This document shows positions 43,951 to 55,400 of a stretch of DNA of 64,000 nt, piece by piece. Under the pieces are notes generated by a model. The model was given only the letters and a program-made list of their open reading frames with translations, made no database searches and was not told where the DNA came from. Source of the stretch: Lingula anatina (taxonomy: Eukaryota > Animalia > Brachiopoda); contig CM120647.1 in NCBI GenBank assembly GCA_051362555.1, positions 744,001-808,000 on the forward strand, read 5' to 3'. The translations under genes were made by a program, and so were the position numbers. The stretch's first letter is position 1; every line of letters begins with the position of its first letter.

Positions 43951-44505
43951 TGGTGTAAAATACCACTTTGGGTATTTTATGATTGATATAAATAATTAAT
44001 TAAAATAATATTCATATCCTAAGATAAGCTTAGCAGGGGGCAGTCAATAGACATTCGGGAATGATCGTGACCGGGGCACATGGCACGAGATAAAATTTAG
44101 AAATGCCTTTGAAGGCTAGGGCGGATAATGGTGATCCAGGAAACACGGTGACTGAGTTGGGGCAAAGCCTGAGACAAAAGGACTGCGCTCAGTCAAGTGT
44201 TATTTCTTCCTGGTTATTAAAATTCCTGAATGATCTATAAAGGCTGCCCTGTTTTAAGGTGAAATCATATCGTATTTTGGCTCTGGCGATATCATTATAC
44301 ATTTTGGACTGACAGTTACTATGTAGAAGAAACTTCTGTATATTTTCCAAAAGACAGTATTAAATTTCCACTTGCATCAAATGAGAATCTTGTTGGTTTT
44401 ACTGGATCAGCTGGGCGCACAACACTAAGGCCCAAGAACCGGCGCGTTATCTAACGTGACATTATTTTCACGTTAAGTCTAACCGACGAAGATTGAGACT
44501 TAACA
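43951..44505 (+). repeat. Gypsy 5' LTR
   Basis: TGGTGTAAAATACC...GAGACTTAACA, with TATAAA at ~44236 and ATTAAA at ~44359. Confidence 0.92.
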
Positions 44506-44550
44506 ATTGGCGAGCTCTTTTCAGGACTTAATTTTTAGCGATCTAACGAA

Positions 44551-45585
44551 ATGAATCCAGATTCTCTTCAGCAGCTGTCCGCCGGAGTTGCAGCTTTGGC
44601 AGAAACAACGGTGCAGGCGCACCAGGAAGATGGACAGTGGAGAAATTTAATGCAGGAAAGATGGCGAGCGGAAGATGCTCGAAATGCGAGGATGGAACGC
44701 ATGAAAATAGAGGGTGAGCACCAGACAAAATTGGACGTACTGTGCAGGGCTATTAAACCCTGTGATGGGTCCATTCCGGACGACACGAGAGACTGGATTG
44801 ACCAAATTGAACGAACAATTCCCCGGACGGAGGAAATTGAACACGCCACAATTAAACTGGCACTGCAGACGGCACAAGGGTCAATGGCAGGTGAGATAGA
44901 TTATTTCTTAAATCAACAGCCAGAGTATTTTGGAACGGACTGGACGGTGTTACGAAACCATATTCGACGGGTCTTTCTTTCCGCCGATGAAACCAGTTGC
45001 ATTCGAGCCGAATTGGAACGAATAAAACAATCACAATTTGAGAACACGGCGTCCTATAATCGCCGCTTCAGAGACGTGGCGCGGAAAGCATACCCACTTC
45101 CGCGATCCGAGGAAGCGGAACGCCTGTTAATTAAAGCTTATACGCGGGGCCTGCATGAGATTCGCCTCGCTAGGGACATGATACGGAAGGGACGACCGTC
45201 AACGTTGCAAGAAGCTATGAGATACGTGGACAATGAAGAGGTGGGTGATCTCCTATTTCAAACCGTCTACGGAGACCGAAATAGCAACACTCAACGCCGC
45301 ATAGAGGAGCCAATGGAAATCGGGGCGACACAACCTGTGGACCAAGTACCACGATGGGCTACCGAACTAAAAGAGTCGATCTTATCTGCGTTGAAAAGCG
45401 CAGCTCAACGCGAACCACCGATGACGTCATCCAACACAAGACAGCACCCACGCAAACCGCCTCAATCGTCTAAGGACAGTAAGGGATGGACGGCAGACGG
45501 ACAGATAAAATGTTTTCATTGTGGTAAAGTAGGCCATGTAAAGGCAGAATGTTACCAACTCAAAGCTTTACGTAAGAAACAGTAA
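44551..45585 (+). CDS. Gypsy Gag with CCHC zinc knuckle
   Basis: PCDGS...WIDQIE capsid start, IKQSQFENTASYNRRF (MHR-like), EEPMEIG, CFHCGKVGHVKAEC. Starts 46 nt after the LTR. Confidence 0.92.
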   Translation: MNPDSLQQLSAGVAALAETTVQAHQEDGQWRNLMQERWRAEDARNARMERMKIEGEHQTKLDVLCRAIKPCDGSIPDDTRDWIDQIERTIPRTEEIEHATIKLALQTAQGSMAGEIDYFLNQQPEYFGTDWTVLRNHIRRVFLSADETSCIRAELERIKQSQFENTASYNRRFRDVARKAYPLPRSEEAERLLIKAYTRGLHEIRLARDMIRKGRPSTLQEAMRYVDNEEVGDLLFQTVYGDRNSNTQRRIEEPMEIGATQPVDQVPRWATELKESILSALKSAAQREPPMTSSNTRQHPRKPPQSSKDSKGWTADGQIKCFHCGKVGHVKAECYQLKALRKKQ

Positions 45586-45639
45586 CCTATTGACCATTGT
45601 AACTAGTTCAAGCAGAGAGGCGTAAGAAGGCATGTATAG

Positions 45640-45835
45640 GGGTTAGAGTATCTTTAAATGGGGAACCTTGTTTAGCATTATAGTTGACACGGGCGCTAGT
45701 AGGCCTACCCCTCTGCTTTATTACTCTGTGTTTAAGAAATTATGTTCGATGACTGGTAGACCTACATGTAGATTAGTAAAAAGTACACAACCCGTTATTA
45801 GTATGACAGATCACTTACAGTGTTAGGAACAGCTC
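45640..45835 (+). pseudogene. Degenerate aspartic protease remnant of pol
   Basis: RVSLNGEPCLAL, frameshift, then VDTGAS (45683-45700). Stops nearby and pol ends here. Confidence 0.7.
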
Positions 45836-45872
45836 AATAGAATTATGCTCCAGGGCCTTAATCACCGGGCAG

Positions 45873-46745
45873 GTGAAACATAGGCAAGCATGTGAAATAG
45901 AATTAACTAGGTATGTACAGTCGCAGGCAGTAGAGTTAGCGTTAGGGGATTACGCGCTTACCACTTCGGGGGAAACAATATATACACGGTGTCCACGGTC
46001 ACCTGCTGTGTCACATACCCTATGGCCAGGGGTTTACCTGATACATGTAAGTGACGGCTGTTCCATAACGGCCACCAACTTCACATTACCGGGTTTAAAA
46101 CAACGGATGGGCAAAGTAAGCGTTAAGGCACTCATGGTAAATGATATAAAACCTTTGCAGGTACAAAATATTATTCCGGCTAGCGTAGCTTTGCACGTCA
46201 TGAAACCTGACGAATTAACACCTTTACAACCAGTTAAACGTATATTGCTATCTCCGATCAGCGATGAACCGAATCTCTTTTCTATATTTTTTGCTAACAA
46301 ATTTAGACGACAATTAGTAATTGGAACAACCACTGGTTCCCTCCTTGTGATTGGGGTGATTCTGATGGTAATATGTGGGTATCGGCGATGTAATTGGCGG
46401 GAAATAATTAAAAAACGCCATCACGTCAATAAAAGGAAATTAGAAAGGTCTAGTGGACCTAATGAGGAATGTGATAACGCTTTATATGAACCCATGTCAA
46501 CTGATCTTGAGTTAAGTCATATTTCAGCACCGGACAGCCCTGCTCATCAGCGTACGGTAACAGCCAATAGTACTAACGACTGTGAGACCATCACTTATAT
46601 CCCGGTGGAGCTAAAAGCAACCTCGGATACGCTGACGGTTCAAGGACCTGAAGCGCAGGCGCTGAAGGCCCAAGAACAACTAGCGTTGAACGAGTCGCTT
46701 CCTGCACCTCCGTTGCATATGCTGATGGAACAACACGCGACGTAA
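45873..46745 (+). pseudogene. C-terminal fragment of an envelope (env-like, possibly F-type) glycoprotein
   Basis: Lies between the pol remnant and the 3' LTR. Cys-spaced ectodomain piece (CSRALITG..C, TRCP, DGCSITATNFT with a sequon), one transmembrane helix (LVIGTTTGSLLVIGVILMVICGY-RR), tail with YEPM and YIPV. No signal peptide or ATG. Confidence 0.65.
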
Positions 46746-47269
46746 GGGTCTGGTTTAGGCAGGGGGTTTACCTTTTGAGATTTTGATTGGTATAAGGTAA
46801 TACCGTGCAGTAATTTGTCAATTAACAGTGAAAGTTTCATTGATGATATGATCACGAAACGGAGATGCACTATTGGTGCATATATCTTAGTATTGAATTA
46901 GTATTACTACAATTCAAGGGTATACAACTGTTTGTTACTTTAATACATTTTATATATGGTTCTATGTTTATTACTTAAGGTTAAGGTGTATACTTATCTA
47001 AACGTATTATTATGTACATCATGCGATAAATAAGAAGCTATCACGTACACTCTATGATGTCATTTGCTGATGTTTTATGTTCATATAACCTTAATATAAT
47101 AATATTATGATAATATTGGGTGTTATGGTAAGAAAATCTAATTGTATTTCATGTTAACATTTGGTAAGATGGGTACTTAATAGGATAGATTTTAAAAAAA
47201 TGGACATTAGCATATTATTTTAATTCCTCATAGTTGAAATGCAAGCATTTCAACCGGTGGGTAATATAG

Positions 47270-47824
47270 TGGTGTAAAATACCACTTTGGGTATTTTATG
47301 ATTGATATAAATAATTAATTAAAATAATATTCATATCCTAAGATAAGCTTAGCAGGGGGCAGTCAATAGACATTCGGGAATGATCGTGACCGGGGCACAT
47401 GGCACGAGATAAAATTTAGAAATGCCTTTGAAGGCTAGGGCGGATAATGGTGATCCAGGAAACACGGTGACTGAGTTGGGGCAAAGCCTGAGACAAAAGG
47501 ACTGCGCTCAGTCAAGTGTTATTTCTTCCTGGTTATTAAAATTCCTGAATGATCTATAAAGGCTGCCCTGTTTTAAGGTGAAATCATATCGTATTTTGGC
47601 TCTGGCGATATCATTATACATTTTGGACTGACAGTTACTATGTAGAAGAAACTTCTGTATATTTTCCAAAAGACAGTATTAAATTTCCACTTGCATCAAA
47701 TGAGAATCTTGTTGGTTTTACTGGATCAGCTGGGCGCACAACACTAAGGCCCAAGAACCGGCGCGTTATCTAACGTGACATTATTTTCACGTTAAGTCTA
47801 ACCGACGAAGATTGAGACTTAACA
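47270..47824 (+). repeat. Gypsy 3' LTR
   Basis: Direct repeat of 43951-44505; no differences seen by eye. Confidence 0.92.
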
Positions 47825-48282
47825 TTACATGCAGTCGTATCCCATTGTACAAGGGAAGATCGTCTCGTCACATGGATTTATGATGTTAACGCACTGAGGT
47901 CTTCGTATTTCCTCTGTAAACAATTGTAATTTGTAAACATTCCTGTAAAAGGTATAGAGGAGTGATCATTACACGAGATAACTGTGCTAAATATCCATAC
48001 CAGAATACAAAACAGAAGTGACTTGAAACCGACAATGATTTGATTTTAAATCGTTTCATTTTTGCTTACATAAGCCAGGCAATTGTCGAATAGCTATTTG
48101 CGTATGAAAAAGTTCATTTTCATTTACAGATGGTTAACGTTAGGCAACAAAATCAAGAGCATAAAAAACTTACTTAGTTTCCCATTTTTGCACTCCAAAC
48201 AGTCCACTTCACCAGCTTTAGCTGTCGTCAGGAACATACATGTAATACAAGTCACAAGAACCAAAACGGCAAGAGAGCGCAT
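47825..48282 (-). CDS. Small secreted cysteine-rich peptide, two exons (48282-48174, 47913-47825), 65 aa if TAA at 47825-47827 is the stop
   Basis: Signal peptide MRSLAVLVLVTCITCMFLTTAKA, donor A|GTAAGT, acceptor tgtttacag, phase 1 matches. Mature part GEVDCLECKNGKLKEIRRPQCVNIINPCDETIFPCTMGYDCM has 6 Cys. Confidence 0.65.
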
Positions 48283-48394
48283 CCTGCTCGGCGTCTGTCC
48301 AATCACGGTCTCCACGTCACTATTAGTGGTGTCTACTAGTAACTGTGTTATTATTTATTTCAAAGCTGCGGGAGCCCACCCTGAGAGTAAAGTA

Positions 48395-48580
48395 GCGTAT
48401 TCAGAACAGAGGACTAACTGATCCGCAGATCAAATATGGCGACCCACTAAAGGAAAGAGCTTGCCGCTTAATTCAGAATTAGAGACAGTAGATTTCTTGC
48501 AAGGATTACGCAACAAGCATTCAAGTGGGTCGACCATATCTGACCCGCGGATCTGTTAGTCACCTCTTGTGAATGAGACC
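48395..48580. mobile_element. MITE, same family as 56218-56391
   Basis: attcagaacag..gacta..gatcaaa..tggcgacccact / agtgggtcgaccatatctga..ttagtc..tgaatgagacc. Imperfect long inverted repeat, just upstream of the peptide gene. Confidence 0.6.
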
Positions 48581-51232
48581 AAACGCTTGTTCACTAAATA
48601 AATAGCCTACAGTGAGAAAGACAGTGGGAGAAAAAAAAAAGAAAAAGGTCGGGTAGATACATCTGACAGCGTTGTGGCAATCATGAAAATCAAGGATCGA
48701 GAAACCCCTTGGAGATGGATCGATGCTGTTAGATCGATCTAGGTATGGAGCCCAGCCTTATTATTTTTGGCCGGCATCCACGTCCGTTTTGAATTCATTA
48801 TAATTGATAACCAGGCTGTGGCTGACAGTGGCTTAGAATTTTTGCAGAAAACCTGTAGCTTATCTACTATGAGTATTAATTTCTTAGACGCACTTCAAAA
48901 AAAAAAAAAAAAAAAACTTTCTGGTGGTTTGAAATATTCATCATTTTAATTTTAAAAAAACTAAAACTAGTTGCAGATGAAATCAATATAAATGAAACAT
49001 ACTGTAACTCCCGGAAAACTTCGAGCAGTTTTTGTTTCTTTGATTGTTTGTTGTATTTATTATTTATTAATGTACTTTATGCACACACACACAACGGGTC
49101 TTTATGTTCGATTTATAAGTTTACATTTTGTAACGAAATAACATTGTGTTTGTTGATATTTTCAGAGAAGCATTGTGTTTGGGAAATTAGTTTATAACTC
49201 TGCGTATAGATGTCACTATAAGCACAGCGCTGTGTACGAGGGACGTATTGACGCCACCCATTTCTGTGTAATTTTCCCTTAGGTGGGATGTAATGGATAA
49301 GATGGGGAATAGATGAAATATGTCACCCTCATCCATTATAAAACTTCCCTAGTAGAAACAAGAAATAAAGATAAATTTAAGATAGATGAGAAACGGAGGC
49401 ACAAACCGTCCCTCTTTGAAACTATATGTATTAAAAGACTTAAACTGGATCGCCATTCATGAAAGAATATATTTGAAAAAAGTTACAATGATAAACAAGT
49501 CTTGAAATGTTCTGACGACTTGGCACACGAGTAATTTATTTAACAAAAATTGATTTATTTTTTCAATTTTTAATGGCTCATCAGAATGATATACAATGTG
49601 AAACAAAATTGTTTAAAAAAACTTAACAAAAACAATAATAATAATAAGTCAAAATGACATTCATTTAGTTTAACTGTACACTTAAAGAATTTTCCTAAAT
49701 TATTTTATTGCGAGACATTGTTCAATGATAACAATTTGATAAGTGTGGACGTCACGTGGTCCGATGGCAGGCACAGATTTCAAAATAATTTGCTGTAACT
49801 GTCGTTTTTGTGGTCAAATAGAATATATTTTATTTCTATAAGTTGTTGACAAGTATTTATTGTATAATATATATGTATCCCATACGAAGGTTTGTCATCC
49901 ATTTACGTAAAATTTGTCTTCAGTGTCTTTATAATTACATAGCTACATGTTTTTAATTGTATATTAGTGTCTGAGTACTTCCCTATTTCTGAGGCCAATT
50001 TTTGCGACGTCAGTATGAATTTATTAATGTATTCCTTATATTTCTGTGGTGTTGGCATGTTTAAATAGAATAAATTGCGCTCTAAAACTATCAACTAAAC
50101 GTTGGTACAATAGTTCTTTACTAAGGGGGGTCACTTTTTTGTCTAAATTCATTTTTAGTCTCAAGGGCAGTGTGAAATCGTCTCACATAGTATCATGAAA
50201 AAAAGGCAAACCAACTCTATAAATAGTTCACTCCACATGCATACACCTTATCCAATCTAAATTCTTTCAAGAAGATCAGCATAAACACGCTTTAATAATA
50301 CAATTTTATAAGAATAGCAATAGATGTTAAATAGAAACATGCGCCGGTGTAACGTGACAGAGAGTACCTATGACAAAGAGGCCGCTACCCATTCATTTGT
50401 ACAGGTGATCCTTGCCCTAGATTTTGACCTACTTAGGTCAGACTAATCCTAACCATAATAACTATATGGAGGGCGGACTTTCTGTCACACGGACCCTCAG
50501 TTTTGTTACACCAGCGTTAGATATGATGCTATGCTGGCGGCACTTTAACTATACCACGTGACTTTCACCTGTACAGGTGATATCCCTGTAGGTGGCATGT
50601 TGATCAGTACACCTGGGTAATGGAATTTTAATTAAAACCTTACCTAGTCCTTGCACCTGGGTGTCAAGGTGCATTGTTAGCTTTAATTGACATCCCAGGC
50701 TAATTACGTCTTAAGTGGACATGTTTTAATTAAGTGATTTAATGCTTTGATAGTGTGTATTTAATCCATTAAGTGTACATGCTTTATTTAAATCTGAATT
50801 AAATCTCTTAATGTCTTTTTTTTTTAATTTCCTGAATCTCTGTTCAAATATAAATAAATGTAAAATAATTTGTTACAATGTGCTTCCTGACATTATTCCA
50901 CGGTTATCGAAAAGCCAAAACCCGCTAAGTCGCGTCCTCTTACATCATGTTTCAGCGCATCTCTTTTTTTCCCCCAGCAGACTATCGTGGTTTCTTTAAA
51001 TAAGTTTCTGGGTTCATGAGATGTGTGTATTACAGTGACTGACAACGAACCAATACCTGACAGCAATATCTTTGTTTACGGTTACTACCTCTGGTCGACG
51101 TGAAACACATGACTCCAAACACATACATGTTATTGAACAAGAGCATAGAAATGGCGATGTGCTACTCTGTCGACTGTACCGACAATGTTCAGCGTGCAGC
51201 GAGGCACGGAGTTGATCAAAGAGCCACAAGAT

Positions 51233-51680
51233 ACGACACCTACCTTCTGTAGCCTCACTGGGGACATCACAGAGTCCTCAGTCACGTCACCCACCTTCTG
51301 TAGCCTCACTGGGGACATCACAGAGACTCAGTCACGACACCTACCTTCTGTAGCCTCACTGGGGACATCACACACAGAGTCCTCAGTCACGACACCTACC
51401 TTCTGTAGCCTCACTGGGGACACCACAGAGTCCTCAGTCACGACACCTACCTTCTGTAGCCTAACTGGGGACATCACAGAGTCCTCAGTCACGACACCTA
51501 CCTTCTGTAGCCTCACTGGGGACATCACAGAGTCCTCAGTCACGACACCTACCTTCTGTAGCCTCACTGGGGACACCACAGAGTCCTCAGTCACGACACC
51601 TACCTTCTGTAGCCTCACTGGGGACATCACAGAGTCCTCAGTCATGACACCTACCCTCTATAGCCTCACTGGGGACACCC
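51233..51680. repeat. 51-bp minisatellite, about 8-9 copies
   Basis: Unit cacgacacctaccttctgtagcctcactggggacatcacagagtcctcagt; ends ~170 bp upstream of the ATG at 51851. Confidence 0.95.
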
Positions 51681-51850
51681 TCAGCGTCTCTCACGCATGC
51701 ACGAACACATTAGCAGAGGTGGTAGTAATTCAAGCACGCACCCTGTGTTCTCTGTTCCCTCACATACGCTCTGGAAGAGGGTCTGGGAGAGCACGCGGCA
51801 TGGAGGAACCGTCCTGTCTTAGCACTGTGGAGAGGTAGGAGCCTGCAGCC

Positions 51851-52451
51851 ATGAGGTGGGACGCCGGCCTCGGGGTCCTACTACTGATGCTAGCGGGAGT
51901 CTTATTACTGCGCTGTGCCGAGGCCACGTATTATGACAGAAGAAGGACGAGTTACGGAAATTGGTACGTACTCATTTCGTACATTTTTACTTGACTTTGA
52001 TTGTGTTTGAGTACGCATTATAGAAGTGATCATCTACCCAAACTCTTGCCAAGCTTTATATTCCAAATTTCGTTGTTTAACTCCCGTTCAGTTGCGCGAT
52101 ATTGACTTTGTTGTTGACGATTGCGGTGACCGGGATGTTATCACACAGCAGTCTGACAGATATAGTAGTAGTTGCAGTCTTAAATCGGTCTTTAGAAATT
52201 CAGAATTCCCTGTCCTATATAGTTAGTTGCGTTCCACAGAAGGTCTAATGGGTAGTAAAGATTTTATTTCGGTGGTTTAAGAAAGCAAACGAGGTGGAAT
52301 ATGACAGTGTTGACACTGTGGTCACCTGTCAGGGGAGACAGCAGGCAGGTCATGTCTGTCAGCTATATTCAGGTTGTAAAACACCATTTTTAGAACAACA
52401 TCAGTGTCTTATTAACGCAGTTGGGTAAGCGGTCTAAGCTAAGCCAAAACG

Positions 52452-52489
<38 letters not shown>

Positions 52490-55400
52490 TATTGTCTAAA
52501 TTCCATATAAAATGTTCCGTAGACTAAACGGTATCACGGGTAAAACGAACGGAATAAGATGAATAAAGTCAACAAATAAATAGACAGTAAAAATATCGAG
52601 GCGCAATTATTTTAGCTTAGTATAATTATTGAAAAAACCTTTTTTTTTTTTTTTGCTTTTCAAATCCAGTCATGGATTTAAAAAAATTAAAGCTAATGAT
52701 ATATATCTTCGTCTTGAAGAGACAGTACTTGATATTTTACACGGGCTATGACCAAACAATACCTTCTATAACTAGGTACTAAAACTGCATTAACAATAGA
52801 ATTAATTACTGGGACTATAATTTGTATATTTTGACACCGCAAGCCTTAAAGGATGTACGCGGAAGTAGCTTCACATTAAAAAATTGAGTTTTCGCTTTTT
52901 CACACACCGCGCGCGCGTGTGTGTGGGGGGGGGGGGGGGGGGCACGCGTTTTAAAATTCTTCACCATGGATGCTACAAAAGCACATCTCGAGCTGTTAAC
53001 AAAGGCAACTGCACAGACTTTACTCCAGTGAGTACAACGCTAGGTGAAATCCTTCAGCGTTCATATGCTGGAGGGAACAATGCTGGCGTTGATGTACTGG
53101 TGAGGCCACGTTATCAGGTGGTGAGTGAGAGATAGGAATCAGTAGACTGGGTGCTGTGAATGGACGCCCTTTGTTGCCTGCGAACAATGCAGGCTCCCAG
53201 TACAGCCTCAGTACAGTAGGGGGGGGGGGGACAGGGAGCACGTCCTCACCCCCCTTCCCCGCTCCTAGTACAGACTCAGTACATTTGTGGGGGGGGGGGG
53301 GGGGGGGGGCAGGGGACACGTCCTCACCCCCCCTCTCCAGCTTCAAGTAATTTTACAACGTAAGATGAGATATCGTGGATTGTGCTGAGCTTTGGAGTCG
53401 GGGTGATGAGCTCACGACACGAGATGATACAAACTACACCCTCTCACTTTAAAATGTGGTTATTGCCTCTTGTTTGAAAATGTAACAGTAAAACGCGTAC
53501 GATACAGATACAGAAGTTTATTGACAATCACCCTACATCCCGGCATGATCAAATACAAATACAAGAAGTAATCGGCAGAGTGATTACCGTAAACAGTTAG
53601 ATATACATTATTATGTCTATGAAACATAAGAATTAGCTGGTTTCTGGTGCTTCATTTAACCGTTCTGTTTTCATACAGTGCGCTTCTTGCGACAGCAACA
53701 ATGGACAATGCTTACAACAGTGATAACTTTTTTCCGCGGAATTCCGCGTTTTTTAATTCAGTTCTAAGGCCGTCCCCGTCCCCCGGCCGCATAGGTGTTG
53801 GGTAACATGATAAATGTTCAGAGTTTTTTCAAACCTAGGCTTATGTCTGTTACAATAACGCAATGAAGAACTTTTTATCCAGCTGTGAAAAGTTTCATAA
53901 ATACAGGTTTCCTAAGAAGGCGCTGGGAGAAATAGGGTGTATGAATGTGTATATATAAACACAATGTATGTTTATAGGAAGCGAATGGTTGATAAAGATG
54001 TGATAAAGCACGGCAACAAGCGCCTCCCTGTCTTTTCTGAAACATATATGTGTAGTTACAGGGTGTATAAACGACACTTACCACACTAATATTCTGACAT
54101 ATTGTCAATAGAAAATATTTTTAACTTTAAGTGATGTAGCTGGAATTTCCACGTTTAAATTGAGAATGTCAAGTTTTAAAAATAACTTGGTTTGGGTCAT
54201 TTGCGGTATATATCATCGCTTTTCTGTTCGATTAGGTTCGTTTTATCTGTGCGCGACACAACAGACTGTTATTAGGGAAGAATTCCTGAACTTTGGCTGA
54301 TTTGTAATTGCGCGTTGTGGTTAACCGTCAGTGGTAAACCACCAAATTTCAGTTTGTGAAGAGCAATTTTTAGATATCCTGTCTTTATGCTTTCATCGCC
54401 GATGAAAACATTGACTGTGGCTACTAAATCTTCATCAGACTGAGAAATGAACTAATTCATGTTTTTGATGTCTTTGCTGAAGGATGTTCACTATTCTACC
54501 TGGATCATTAAACGTAGGACCCAGAATATTGATTTTATCTCCTATCCTAGATTAAACATATTATGAGGGGCACAATGACGAAATTAAGACTTTCATTACC
54601 CCGAAGTAAGAACACAGAGACGCTATGTACTTCACTAACTTGACACAACAGTTGACTTATACTTTAGACGACTACAACAGATGATAACGATGACGTAGAA
54701 CTATCTAGCATACTTCACAAAGTGTTTCCTATTCCGTCATGGTGATCTCCCTCTCTTAATTATGACACGATGTCCACTTATAGTAGATGCTATACAATGA
54801 TAAGTCTTTCACTGATATGTGGGGACGTCTTGTTAGCCGTGAACTGTGGAGGATATCTTTACTCCATCGTTGCACCACTTATCTAACGTGATAATAATTA
54901 CTTCAATCATGATGGTTCCTTTGACCGTAAGGGACAAAAGTTTGGTTATATTTCTACTGCTTCATTGATATGTCTTCCGGGGTGCGATTATTAAAGGGCT
55001 TACAAATAAGAGTGGATGGTCTTATCACGATTGTCAATCTTTTTGAAGAACACGCCCCTTGTTTGGTGTGGTGACTTATTACAACAACGTGCGGAGAGAG
55101 TGAGCGATAGTATTGATTGATACGTTAATCATTATAATCGATTTATAGGACAGAAAACAAGAGAGAACCTAACTGGACTAAATACTATTTAATTCAAGTC
55201 TTTGTAACAGCTTATAAATGTAGAGATTTGAAAAGTCAGTTAACGATCGAAGTTATATACAAAAATGTCATTGTATCGTCGGGTCCATTTGTAAAGTAGT
55301 GCACTCCATACTGCAACATTTTCTCTCGAGCGCACACGCACAAACTAACACACACAGTCTTTTCTGTTACTCTCTGTCCCTCTCTTACTTAGAGTCCCCC

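Larger units (their letters stand above)
43951..47824 (+). mobile_element. Ty3/Gypsy LTR retrotransposon, env-carrying, with pol deleted
   Basis: Two 555-bp LTRs that appear identical, PBS TGGCGAGCTC at 44508, gag, a protease remnant and an env-like 3' ORF. No RT, RNase H or integrase motifs. Confidence 0.9.

Noticed and set aside
51185-51838. 217-aa Thr/Ser-rich ORF that looks mucin-like
   Set aside because: It is the translation of a 51-bp minisatellite, open on both strands, with no signal peptide and a frame change within the array.
52884-53350. Gly/Pro-rich ORFs
   Set aside because: Produced by G/C homopolymer runs in intron sequence.
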